Made by a program: the position numbers and the translations under genes. 64,000 bases of DNA from Trichinella spiralis (lineage: Eukaryota): the NCBI RefSeq assembly GCF_000181795.1, contig NW_003526941.1, positions 7,563,118 to 7,627,117 of the forward strand, written 5' to 3'. Of this stretch, positions 1 to 13,922 are shown in pieces. Every line of letters begins with the position of its first letter. Position 1 is the stretch's first letter. Under the pieces are notes generated by a model. The model saw only the letters and a list, made by a program, of their open reading frames with translations. It searched no databases and was not told where the DNA came from.

Positions 1-514
1 CAAAAAAATAATACTTTGAGAAGTTGAAATAAAAGCTGTGCAACTGCTGCTGCTAGTTGACTATTAATTTAGAGTCTTTTGCAGTGTTTTTTTTAATATT
101 TGAAGTAAAATTTTATTTTCTTCTGGCTAGGTAAATGTTTGCCCAACGCTAAGCAACGTCTGCAGTTGAGCCCGTTTGAATTTCTTTATCACTTTTAAGA
201 TTAAAACCTTTTTATACTTTTGCATTACAAATAAAATCTGGTGCTAACGCGATGCGTGTGAAATAGATATATAATGAATTTTATTCAAATTAGAATGCAT
301 AACATGTAAGCATGTTAGGATTAAATTATTTTCTTTTACAACCATCACATCACTGTAACATGTGCGTAAGAATAACTTTATTGTATTTAAATTTCACGGT
401 ACTGTAGAACACAATGAACTGAATGGGAAATGCAAGCGTATGCATAATAATAATATTTCTATCATTATAAATCTTTTGCATAATTTTGAAAACCTTTATA
501 AAGTACCGTTTTCA

Positions 515-1108
515 TCAAATGCTGTAGTGCATCTTAGAGTTTATCACTCGTGCCATATGTAATGCAGCAGAGTAGTCATTAGAGCATGGTAAATTTAATA
601 TATTTTCCAATAAATTAATAATTGTATGATTTAATAATAAAGGATAAGTAATATTAAGTTTCTGATGTAGATTATTCTTCAATGTAACGTCAATAAATTT
701 TTCAAATGGCTTCCAAGCACAATTTGAAATTATATGATTATATACAAATGGAGTAATAGGTTTACATCTAAGATATGTGCTGTGGTATTTGATACATTCA
801 CAAAATGCATTTTCATGAATAGTCTTCATCTATATTGATAAATGTGTTTTTTTTCTTGCAATAAGTAATGAGTACATTAACATCAGAGATATCAGATGAT
901 GTGTATGAAAATGATTAATGAAATAAGGAAATAAATATTGCCACAAAGCTCCATAATTAATTAATTGATGAACACTATTTAGCATTTTCATTTTACTGCT
1001 GTCAAAATTATTAATGGCGCATACTGTGTTTAACGTATCTTGGTTTTTGGCTAAAAATACTAATCCTGAATACATTACAAAGAAAGATGTATATATCTTA
1101 ATGATCAT
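515..1108 (-). pseudogene. Possible disrupted or lineage-specific gene: two same-frame ORFs separated by a single TAG
   Basis: ORFs 1108-830 and 829-515 share a frame, giving ~197 codons with one stop. An acceptor-like TTTTTTTCCATAG lies 7 nt before the ATG. No homology recognised. Confidence 0.25.
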
Positions 1109-4100
1109 AATGTTTCTATGGAAAAAAATAGAATTTTATTATCAAAGAAGAAACTGAAAATTCGAAATAAACAACAGTAATAGTTTGTCATTGATTGTTA
1201 AAATAGTTTTTCATTGTAAAAGTGAAAATATTAATTAACTACTGATCTGTACCGTTTAAATGGGCAGGCAGCCTTTTCTCCGTATCAGAAACAGTGCTTC
1301 AAGTGAAATTAATCACCATTAGTGCATGGTACTATTCAATGAGTTGGATATTGATTTCATTAATGAAATTTGCGTTTTATCATAAATTTTAATATGCTTA
1401 TAGTTCACGGCAATAAAAATTTTTTTTTTCTTAATCTATTTGTGAAATTATCCAACAGTTTGCATTTTGCCAGTTGAGAAAGTAATATTTTGACGATTTT
1501 TACATTGCTGACGATGAAAAATTGTGGTTGGCAAAATAAATAGTAAGTCCATTTGGTGAAAATAAAATCGAAAATGCCGAAATTTTTGTTTCTTAACTTT
1601 TTGACGTCTTGTCAGCTTGATTGACGCACGTCAGACTGTGTCTCGATCGCTTGACCCGTTTTGACATTCTGTAAGCATGCTAAAATGACATGATTTATAT
1701 TATGCGATGCAAATTTTGGCTTGTTCTTCGACATGCTTTCCATTGCTTCACTTTTGGCGTAGTCTTGAATTTTAACTTTACAGCAGCAGTTATTTGTTTG
1801 TTTTTGGAGTTTTATTATTGCATTTTATTTTGCATAACTTTTGTTCATTGCAATTGTAAACTTTCAAATGAGATGCTAATTGCTTCAAGTATGGTGTATA
1901 TTAATGTATGGTTGCTTGCTTGGACAATATTTATTCGAATTTATTACTTTAATGAATTCATCGATTCATAATATGAAAGAAGGTATTTTTTTGTTCTGGT
2001 AATTGTGAAGAAATGTGCAGTATAATTTTTTTTCTTTTCAACATTGTCGTATAATTATGTAATTGTTTATTTGAAATAGGCTCGGAGAGGCATAAAAATT
2101 GCGTAACTCCTCACGGATAATGTTATTGTAGAAAGCGTTGAAGCATTTCTATTTAAAATGCATGTAGTAAGATCAAGTAGATTCCCTTGGGACTCTCAGA
2201 GCTGTCTCTCAAAAAATGTGCAGTGGATAAGAAAAAGTCAAAGATGACTAGCTTTTGAAAGGTTTATTTAATTAAATTGACCTAAAATAAATGGACACAG
2301 AGCATTTCATGACTGTTTGACTCTGGCAAATTTTATTGATAATGCAAAAAAAGCCTGATTAGGCTAGATTTTGAATTAATTATAATTTTTAATTGAAAAT
2401 TTTCCACATTGAAGAAAATAAAGAAATCCGTCAAGCTATATATATATATCTATGCCAAAAGCGTTTTGATCAAGCAAGAAATAATTGAAATTCACTGGAG
2501 ATGTTTTCGTATAGTTTAATTATGGCTACAATTTTCACAGCGCTTTTATTGAATTGCATTTTGAATGCACAGTTCATATGTGCAGGTCTATGGGGAAGTT
2601 AATTTAAACGTTTGCTTTCTTTGGATGCAGCATTTCATTTAGCTGATGCAAAACGCTCAGGTCGAATCCCTTGATAATATATACTTACTATTTCTGCAAG
2701 TGAGCAACTCTTCAGCAAACTACCACTGACTCTGTGCACAATGAAGTACTACAAATAGGTTAATTTTTTTTCTGAGGAAAATCAAAAAAAAGTTGAGGAA
2801 AAAAAAGATTTATTGATCCCATTTCTAGTGTTCATGTGTAATACAATCGATTTCTCATCAAAAATGCGATAAACATAAATTTAAAAACTACAACAAAAAA
2901 CCTAACAGTGGGAAAGAACAAAATAAGCTTTGTATAATCATCTGAAGATTGGGAGCAAATAAATTATTTTTTGGCGACATGTAATGACAGAAAAAAACCT
3001 AGCAACTAATGTAAATATGAAAAATAATAATCTTAGAGTATTTTCAAATACAGATTATGACAACCACTGATATGGATAATATGTGTGTATATATTTATAA
3101 GTGTAAAGTAAAAGATAAAAGGGAAGCTTTTTGCCTAGAAATGAGATTATTTTCACCAGCATCATCTTAGCACAAATGTTGTGTGAATGGAACAGTGAGT
3201 GTAAATGAAATTTCCTGTTTTTCTACATTTTCTTTTCCCATGCTGAAATTCGATTATTGTTAGCATAATTATTTTTCATCTACAATCAAGTGAAATATCT
3301 TGAAACAAATAAATGTCGGTTTGACAGAATTTTTTGTTTCATTTTTTTGCTTTTAATCATATTTCCATTTTGGAAACTGTTTCAAAATTGTAGAAGCGTC
3401 AGTTTAGGGAATGTTAAATAAGTAATCAGCGAACCGATGCTTCTTCAACTATATAGGATCAATTTGTAATAATGTTTTCAATAATGTTGAACAAACATTA
3501 ATCATGCAAAAATTATTATTATTTTTAACTTCAATTATCATAACAATGATAATCAACGATTTTCTTTGCATATTTTTTTCTGAGGTTCTTTTTTTTCACA
3601 CAAAGAATATTCCGTTTGTTCTTCAACAGCAAAGTGATGATGCACAACTATTTTGCTTGGAAGTGTCAAAAAATTCAGCGTAAAAATTTTTTAAATATCG
3701 AATGGATTGTTTGTTCAATTTTCTAGCAAAACTCCAACAAAACTTTACACTTCTACTGCACACTTTTCTAAATATTCTTTGTTCATCATCGTTTACGTTC
3801 CATTAGACGCGAAAAATTGCATTAATCATTTTCCACTTGCGCGGAAGAAATACCCTTTTTATTGCCAGTAGTTGTTTCTTCATCATCAAGCTTTAATACT
3901 ACTATTACTTTGTTTTCCAATATGAGAAACATACTTTTTACTGGAACAGTTGACTCTGTTGCAGATATGTAATAATTAAATATATAATTTATAATATTAT
4001 GCATTAAACATTATTATTGATGTTCTCATGCTTGACAGCATTTTTGCCAATTTCAAACATTGTTATTAACATGTAAGCAATATTTAACCAAATGGTATTT

Positions 4101-6685
4101 TTGAAGCAAGGTTGCAAAAAAGGAACATGTAATGAATGAATAATAAAATATTTCATTTCTATTTTTATTATTATTTTCATCATCTTCAAAAGTTGGAAAA
4201 ATTTTATTTATAACATTCCAAATTCATGATAGCGGTGGTGGTAAGCGTAATAAAAATATACTTTAGTATTCTTTAGTGTAATACTACATACACTGTGGTG
4301 TATATATGGATGTATGTACATGTTAAAATGATTTCGCTTATTGCAGTTCCAATATTGGTAGTGTTCATTAGTGTTAAGAGCATTCTTTTCTTTGCATGCG
4401 AGAGGTGGAAAATTAAAATAACTAAATGATTGGTGATAACAAAGTGCATTTCCTCTATGATTACTTAATTATGACTTCAGTTTTATTGTATTCGTCTTCC
4501 TCTGCAAATCAAGTATGGTGCTTCACGTTATATATTTAATGAAATGGCTAAATGAACGATCACGATTTCCCTCTGTTGATAACCTTAATAAAATGGAAAG
4601 TTGTTTAGATAATGAAGTGATTATACTAATCATGAAAAAGCTGAATGCTAAATAAGGATTGTTGAAAAATCTACATTTCAAGCATTTCATCGCATCTTGA
4701 GGAAGTAATTACTTAACAAGCGAAAGTCACGATGTTCTTTAAATTTCCATTTGAAATTTTCATATAAACAAAGCGAGATTCTGTTTTTCATTAAAATGGG
4801 GAAGGGCACTTTTAATTGTGACAGCATGGCAGTTTGTCTTTGATTTTATTGATTAGAATTATTAAAAAAAACATTTTTAATTCAAAATAATCCTTGTCTA
4901 GAAACATTTATGAAAATGCATGACCTCTTTTCTTTTCTATTTTATGATGAATGTTTCCTTCACTTTTCTTGCATTTACATTTCAAATAATATATAACATT
5001 AAAATAAGTGTATGAAAATTTTCAATACATTTATTATGCAATTTCCATTCATACTATATGTATTGTTATTTTTGAATTTTCATGAATTTTTAGTAGATCT
5101 GTTTTTCAAATAATTATCATATCTTTTTCACAAAATGAAATATCGGTGTTCACAAGCATGAAAGCAGTGTGAAACGGTAATAAATTTAATTAAGAACGCG
5201 GAACATTTTCAGTCGAGATAACAGCAGAATTTACTTGCAAATGATTTCATCTTATCTGTGTTTAGCTGCAAAGCTGAAACAAACGTTCATTTAAAATGCA
5301 TGTACTAAGATAAATGGTGATTTCTTTTATCATGTGAACAGTAGTATTTATTTATATAATGTAAAGATTTGTTTCACGAAAAGCATCTTGTAGTGTGCAT
5401 TGTTTGTTTAATAGCTTTTTCATGGCAAGCAGTTGCATTGGAGATTATTTTCATTATTTTAAAGAAATTTATCAGGTGCGTATGCTTTTACTTCGAGCTA
5501 AAATTTCCAATTTTCATCATAATTTCACGCCTAATTTGCTGCCATCGCTGGACGACAAATAAACCTGAGGAAACAAATGCAGCATATCTAACTCAACACC
5601 CGAAATAGACTGAATCTTTTAGAACATTGTTTTTATAACAAGATTATGAAACTGGAAAGCTTTTGCAGTGGTTCAGTTAAGCATTTTCAAACATGGTTTG
5701 GTTTGGTTCAAAAAAATTTAGTTGAGGATGTGTTGCAATTACAGGGGGTTGATAGATGATGTATTTCAAATGCTTTTACGGTGGCAGTTTTGTAAGTGAA
5801 AATTTGAAATTCACCATGGTGACTGAGGTCTACTATTCTGGGGCCAAAGCGAATTGATCCAATATTATTAATATTATTATTATTATGGCTATTACCTGAG
5901 AGCTCAGAAGGCGACGATGAAGGCGCCCCACAGTGGCTGATTTTCCAAAATTGATTCAATTTGATCGACCAATTTCGAATACTACGGATAACAAGGTCTG
6001 GTTAGTACAGAGGTATTATAAATGCAACATCTGGTTTGACCAGTGGTCAGCAACGTTAATTTATTGATAAGCAAGTGGTTATTAGTGTGCAATCGTTTGC
6101 ACACCAATTGACAGCGCATCCAAGCTTGAAGCTTAGCTTTTACTCAACGACGATATAGCAACTTTACAAAATGATGAATCTTGTTTTACGATGGACTCAT
6201 TTCCATTTCCATATTGGCGGCGCCACCTTCGGTTGCAGGTGCTGCCCAGCAACGACCACCGACCAGCTGGTCGTCAATTATTGGTCCTTGCAGCCTCCGC
6301 CTGCTCTCCTCGTTTCGTCTGCCTCTCCTTAGCGTCTCTCTTTCTAGCAATGCAAGAGAGTACTGCTCTAGTTTAATGCCTAATAATATATATATATATA
6401 TATATTGAAAGCTTGCGTGTTTTATTCTTCAGAATTGTCATCTTTAAAATTCTCTCTTACAGGCAACTTAAACTCTTTCTTTCATTCCGGTCATCTTGTT
6501 TAGGTTTGACTGATGGTGTCCAATTTGCGTTGCTTCGAAAGCCAATCTCAATCTATATCAGTGATGCATTGAAACACAACTGTTTGGAAAAACAGAGCAA
6601 GTCACCTATCAGGCGGCGATAACAAGGCCATAAAGAATAGCTGTTGTTCAAACTGGATCCTCACAGTCCAACCGTATCCAGAGCA

Positions 6686-9600
6686 ATGGATAGCTTTCGC
6701 CGGTTCAGTTCCGTTGGTAGCCGTTTTGAACGTCAGCGTAAGCTGCGTTCTCAGTCGTTGGCTAGCTTCAAGCTTTCGTATTACATGCCCGAAGATCGTA
6801 AGTGTTCGAACTTTTATTATATACTTCATTGCACAGAACGCGTAGTCCATCTGGCCAATAATTAATAAGCCGATTTAATCAAAATGCCGCTCTTTTCACA
6901 TCCTGTTCAGTTAATAGCATTCAAGCATTCAATACTAAACGTCGCTGAATCAATACAAGCAATCCGTTCAATGAAATGGACCACATCGTTGAGCCCTCTA
7001 ATTTAATATGCAACTCTTCTTTAACCTTGTTCAAATATATGGCAGTACTTTGCATGCGCTTGTAAATTTCAATAGCATTTGCATTAACGTTATTGTAATG
7101 TGCATTTTGACCAACAGAATTCAAATATTCTAAAACTAGCAAATGACACTCATGACATTCTTGAATAGCTGGCATTATTGCAGAAATAGATACATAGATA
7201 GACGGATGCCAATCAAAATTGTTTATCATTCAATTTGCCTAATTTTCATTTTCTTCTACAGCATTATTATTATTTGTAAGATTAAAATAGCAATGCAAAA
7301 CAAAACAGGAACACTCATCTGACTAGGCAGAAAGCTAGCTGCACAGATGTTTTATTTTTGTTATATGCAAGTTATTTGAACGTATTACTTGTGAAAATTA
7401 ATAAAGTGAGAATAATTTCTGTAAATTAAAAATTCATAAATGAACGTCGTCTATTCAGTGGTCAGAAAATGTAGTCGCTTTAGTGTTTGACCAATTGAAC
7501 ATGATTAATGAGCAAAGGATAAAGCCAATCAGACCCAAATCACCGAGGTGCTAGATTTATTACAACTTTTTCTGGTCAGGAGGCAGTTATTGATTAAAGG
7601 CGCTTTTAAAAATTTCTTCATTCAATCGGGTAAAATGCTACCAACTGTCCTCTGATTCCATGATAGGCTACTCGAAACGGGCATCCTGATCGTCAGAAAT
7701 CGATTCCAACCCGATTCCCAAAACCGTTGCGAGCATACTTGTTGGAATTATTTCTTTTGACAACACGAGCGCAATCATAAAAGCAGTTACGTTCAAAATG
7801 TTTGTAATTTAATTTATTTTGTACGTTTTTTGCCCAAAGTTTAACAAATTGGCCGATAAGTAAGTCTAGATATTAATAATAGATGAAAGAGCCCTGCAGG
7901 TTTTAGAAGTTTTTAATCAGTGGTTGCGTTAAAGCTGAGGAGTGTTCTTGAGCAGATTTTGTTAAGCTGCTTGATTTATTTGAGCATTATTATTAGAAAA
8001 TCAGGTTGTAGTAAAGCTGCACTTGTCCTCAGTTGGCCAGAGAGATGTAGAAATGAAAATCATTCGATTTGTTATGCACATTCAAAGGAGAAATTTTAAT
8101 TCCAGCTTCCGTTAGTGATAACAATTTTACCAGTTGAAATCATGATTATTACTCTGGCTATTTCATCACGAACAAAATTCAGCGGCATTGCTTTCTTCCA
8201 CAATTACAATGTATCGATTCAAAATTGTTACACTTATGTAATTTAACTTATTTCACATTTTCTGATTTTACACCATTTGTCACAACTTTATGTAATACTT
8301 TTTTAATTTAGTATGTTCTACAGTTGCGCATTCATTTTACACTGTAGGACATTTTAATAAATGTATTTCTTTTATTGAAAAACGAACAACAGATATCAAG
8401 TTTAATGTTTCGCTTTTAAAGGAATGTCTTCTTGTAAAATCAATTTTGCATATAAAACAGAGCCAAAGGGGGGGAAGGAGAACAAATTGTTCACGTTTTT
8501 CAAAATGAACCCGATCCGTTGTTAGACTTAATTGCATTGTTTGTCTTGTATATTTGCTGAAGCTTTATCACAAGTTGGAATTGGTATGTGTTTTTTTGGG
8601 GCACTACATTCGATGATGATTTATCGCTTTGGTGTGATAACGAACTTTCTAACAAGAAGTCAAAATTTCTAATTTGCCAGTGAAAATGCCAGCTGTTAAC
8701 ATAATTATTGAATGCTGATTGCCTTAAGTGAACAACGAAAATTGCGCAAAGGGAAAGTCAAGTACAGCAGCACAATCATGCAAAATGTTATCACTTATTC
8801 TGTTGTTCGTCAGAAAAAAAAAATTATTAACTTATTTTCTATGATAATTTGATATTGTTTTTGCTGTTTCAGTTGAAAATGGATCGGACGGTTTTGGGTT
8901 TTGTGATTGGATGCTGACAGGCTTGGCGTGGTTCATTGTTATCGTCACATTTCCACTGTCGTTCATATTTTGCATCAAGGTAAAAATTTTGCTTTGACTA
9001 TTTATATAATATGTGACAGGTGATATGCGCGAATGCAAAGCATGTAAATATAGCGGTCGGCTTCCATTTTCACTGCTCGTCCGCAAAGCCAGGTGTAACA
9101 GCTAGGTATTGAAATGCAATGAAATGAGCAATCATAAATACTAAGCTTACATCGTCGTGTAGAGAGAACAGAATGAATGATTCACGAACGTTTGCGAACT
9201 CTTGTCATAGACGCGGCTGCTTTGCGACAGCTAAGCGAAATGCAATTGCACCACCAATTGTTCTATTAAATAAAGAGCGAGGGAGTGTGAGATCAAGCTT
9301 TTTGATGATCATTTGATGAAAGTTGTCTACAGATTATGAAATTTTCTCATGCAAATTCTTTCTTTCTTCATTCATTCAGCTGATTTTCAAACACTTTTTA
9401 TTTGTCAATAATGCACTGGTTTGTTTGAAAGCAAGTAGTGACAAAAATTGTAACATATAATGGAGGACTTGATGTGCTAGTGATCAGAAAAGCTAATTAT
9501 TTCCGGATGACATACTCTGTTTAGTGAACCAGTGAATTTCTGATCAGCGTATGCTTCGATTTTTTTTATCCTTAATTATTTAACGTGTGAAAGTGGATTG

Positions 9601-11320
9601 ACAAAATGCACCTTATATGCAGAAGCTGTTTTTATTTAATTTTATTACACCTGCTGCTGGCAATTTTAATTTTATAAATTGTATCTAATTCTGAGAAACT
9701 GTGCAGTGACTCTTGTATTCTTATTCAAAAATAATTATAGCTATAATGGAAAATAAATAAACGATGCTTGTTAGAATGCACCAGCAGAATTGATTTCATT
9801 CATTATTCGATGGAGTTTGTCGAAATATGACTTGAACAAATTAATCAGAGTGTAGTTATATAAATTTAGAGAACAGCAGGTGCTTTGTAATATTGAATGA
9901 ATTCGAATCACTTTTCAATCTCTTTGTTTAAATTGCTTAAATATATTAATTCATGGGCTAAGAAAAAAAAACAAAAAGCAGGAAGTATTTATAATTTTAA
10001 ACACAGATGAAATAATTAGAAACAGCTAATCTCGAAATGAAATATGCAAGTGTAATTAATATATGTTCGTTGGAAATTTAATTTGGCGTGAAAATATTAT
10101 GTTTAACATTATCTACGTGTACTTTAGATGACGATATCAACAATGGAGATTTTCTAGCTTGCAGAAATGTTAATTATTTCACTTAATTTTTAAAATGTGT
10201 TTATCAGTTGTGTAATGAAGATGAAATTTATTGCAGCATGAATAATATGAGCTTCAGTCGAACAATGAATGAGAATGCATTACATAAATTTAACAAATAG
10301 CTTATTACATTTTTCTCGCTTTGGTATGTTGTTTTTGCAGTTGATCAATGAATTACTATTCGAAGAATTTCAAACTTTTATTTTCAAATTATTTGCTTGA
10401 AATCCGCATTTTCATCATGTATTTTATTTTTTTTTCAATGTTCCAACTTGATTTATTTCTTGCAGTAGCATTCTTTATATAGTGATAAATTGTTTTATGT
10501 AAGGTATGATTGCAAAGAAGGTGCATAATTCGAGCAGACAGATGGAGTAGCTTAAAAAATGGAGTAAGGGATTTTTTCAAATATTTATTTACCTTTGTTG
10601 GTCAAATGAAATCTAAATTGTAAGCATTTGAAAAGTAATTTTGCTTGGGTATTTTTTCAGATATCATGCTTTATCTATATCTATATCTATATATATCATG
10701 AATGTTTATTATCATAGATATCAGTAATAGAGTTTCATAATTTTTATCGTTCAATTGCCATGCAAAATGGTAAATTTGAATGGATTAAATAAAACTAAAC
10801 GGCTGAATTTCATTTCATCGATTGAAGAGTACCAGTTGTTAGCTTCCATCAATGCAATGATTTCAATAGCTGGATTAAATGAATCAACGACCGGAAATTT
10901 ATATTTAAAATAAAAATGCAAAGTTTTTCAAAAACCTAAATGTTTTTTAAAGCTTCTTTTTAATAAATAATTTCTTCTACTTTAAAGCAAATCACTTGCT
11001 GATGAAAATCACAAGCTAATTTAGATTATTTGCGTCAACATTGTTGTTGCTATTTGAAAACAAACAGCTAAAGCCTTTTGGAAGAAGGGCGGGAATCGAT
11101 CAAGTTTTGTTGATTGTAAATTATACACTATTAATATGTTTCAGCATTGGGCCGTTTTGAAATGAAAAATCATTCTTCACTGATAAATAAATGTTCTATC
11201 TTTTAACTGAATGCAAAGGGAAGAACTATTTATTCTTCTATGTTGTTTAGCTAGCTGTTTGATCGATTGTCATTTTCAACAATTTCTCAGTAATGATAAT
11301 GATGATAAACAACAGCAGTG

Positions 11321-11351
<31 letters not shown>

Positions 11352-13339
11352 TAACAACGACAATACTAATAACTATAGTATAATTTATGCTATGGAAGAA
11401 TTAATTGCACGCTTAGCTGAATCAACGCAAATTTGTATGTCAAAGGTTTGTTTTTATGCAGATTTATATGTTACACAGGGTGAAATTATTTTTGGATTTT
11501 TTAATTTCTTTACCGTATTTTATCTATGAAATTAAATATCTTTCAGGTAGTACAAGAGTACGAACGTGCAGTCATTTTCCGATTGGGTCGATTAATTATC
11601 GGTGGTGCCAGGGGACCGGGAATATTTTTCGTTCTGCCATGCATTGAAACGTATACAAAGGTCGACTTGAGAACTGTATCTTTCGATGTTCCACCCCAAG
11701 AGGTTTTGCACTCAACGAACATTTGGTTAATTCAACAGATCTGGTTTGTTAATAATATTAACTACATTTAGATTCTCACTAAAGATTCGGTGACCATCAG
11801 CGTGGATGCGGTTGTTTATTACAGAATTTACAACGCTACCGTATCTGTGGCTAATGTGGAAAATGCTCACCACGCCACTCGACTGCTTGCTCAAACAGCT
11901 TTGAGAAACATGCTAGGCATGAAAAGTTTATCAGAAATTCTAAGTGATCGGGAAGCAATCGCTTCTTGCATGAGAGTAAGTATTAATTTAACATTGCAAA
12001 TATTCGAAAAGCACAGACTGCGTATATTCATTTATGTAATATATTTTTCAAACGAGTTATGAATAAATAAGGTAAAATATAGTCAAATATATCATTTATT
12101 TGAATGAGAAAGCATAAGCAGTTGTTTGCGCATAAGCAAAAGCAACTTGTTTGTATTTAATTTTTCCCTTTCTACGGCACTATGTTCTCACGCTACTTGT
12201 TTACGCTACTATTATTATTATTATTATGTTTTTTGTTCTCAGATTTCAATTGCATAAAAAATTTTTACCAGTTCAGTATTTACAGTTGTGTAGAATGATT
12301 ATTAAATGGAATTTAATTCCATTGAATAATTGAAACATTTTAATTTGAGAATAATTTTTATACAAGGCAAAATGTAATTGAAAATGAAGACTTTTTCTTC
12401 ATGTGCAAGCAAGCTTTGTTTGTCTGATTTCATCTATCAAAAGAATCTTGACAAGCATCTTTTTGTTCCTTTTCTGTGTTCCAAACGTTTGTCCCCTGAA
12501 GACGTTGCTAGTCTAGCGTTGATCAGATTTTAAATTGAATCCTCTTCAAAAAGCTGGTAAATTTCTTTATAAGTGAAAAATATACATTTTAGAATCTTCT
12601 TGATGACGCCACTGGACGTTGGGGTATTATTGTCGAAAGAGTAGAAATGTAAGTAGAAATGATTTTAATTTTAACAACGCTGAAGGCCGCCATTCTGTCG
12701 GCCACGTGCAACTGAAAGGATGGCTTTGTTCCGTTTATTATTGATTAATAATGATTTTCCAACGGTAACGACTTGTGAAGTTGTTGAGGTCGGTTGTTTC
12801 ATGACTCACGTCGTGCAGCCTTGAAATGGAAAAGACGATCAATTTGAGCCGTATAATTTTTATACTCTTTCATCATTTGCAGCAATTTGCTTTATTATTT
12901 CTGTTATTAATTTTGGTTTTATAATTTTTATATTCATTCAGCATATATTAATTTAGTTTTTTTTTAAAATTCGTTCATCGTTTTTCCCTCTTTTTTTTAC
13001 CTCTCAGAAAAGACGTCCGCTTGCCTGTACAGTTGCAACGCGTTATGGCTACTGAAGCCGAAGCAGCGAGAGAAGCTCGAGCCAAGGTTCTCTCTATTCA
13101 GTTGTGTGTAAATTTGTATGAATAAGTAATTTGCATATTTTCAGCTGATAGCCGCTCAAGGTGAACAAGAAGCGAGCAAAGCTTTGAAAGCCGCTTCGGA
13201 AATCATCGCCGCTTCACCTGCAGCACTTCAACTGCGCTATCTGCAAACGTTATCGAACATTTCGACTGAAAAGAATTCGACCATCATTTTCCCCCTTCCG
13301 ATGGACTTCCGCTTTCTGTCCTTCGGGCAACAAGTCTAG
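6686..13339 (+). CDS. Stomatin / band 7 (SPFH) family membrane protein, ~302 aa, 7 exons (MEC-2/UNC-1/STO family)
   Basis: Exons 6686-6797, 8873-8979, 11547-11702, 11772-11975, 12593-12648, 13008-13086 and 13145-13339 are all GT-AG bounded and join in frame (909 nt). The translation has the hairpin segment [24 protein letters not shown] and the stomatin signatures [79 protein letters not shown] and [23 protein letters not shown]. The first exon is the least certain, and the specific paralogue cannot be assigned. Confidence 0.93.
11321..11348. repeat. (AAT)n microsatellite in stomatin intron 2
   Basis: Direct reading. Confidence 0.9.
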
Positions 13340-13922
13340 CAACCGCACCAGAAACGTGGAACAGCAGCAGAGGCTCAGAGAAAAGTAAACAATTCAACCT
13401 TTCTCCATATATTTATCAATTAATAATTATTCATGAACTTTGAATGAAACAACAGTATTGCCTCTGTTCATCCGTCAACAGCAGCGGCAGTCGACCAACA
13501 CGCCTTCTTCACACCATTGATGAATTTATGTGTTTGTTTGCTTGTTTTTTTTCTCTCTTTCCTATTATTCTGAAGTATCGAAATATGGGAAAGAACAACC
13601 AAACCACACATACAAAATTTTATCATCCAAACCTGTCATTCACTTCATCAAACCTACACCAACATACCGACGTTCTATAATATGGTAAATAAATTGAAAT
13701 GCACTTTTTTTGATATTTTTTTTATTCTGCACTTGTCATTCATTTTTCAAATATTATTAACTTAAAAAAATATTTCAGCACTGTTTTCAGTTTAAATTAA
13801 CATACTTCAAAATCATTCTGCCTAGTATTATTATTATTATAAATAAGCCAACAGCATTGACAACAGTATCTTTTATCTAACACATTTTATTACTTTTTCC
13901 ATAATGTGTAAATACGAATTTC

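Noticed and set aside
3590..4230. Coding-like fragments on the - strand
   Set aside because: Frames are interrupted by several stops, with no consistent splice model and no recognisable homology. A decayed gene cannot be excluded.
6191..6376. 61-aa ORF starting MDSF upstream of stomatin, echoing the MDSF start at 6686
   Set aside because: Similarity is limited to four residues and no suitable splice into the stomatin exons was found.
12670..12840. GC-elevated patch with a possible short stem in stomatin intron 5 (alternative exon or snoRNA?)
   Set aside because: No paralogous exon sequence, no convincing C/D or H/ACA box arrangement, and the stem is weak.
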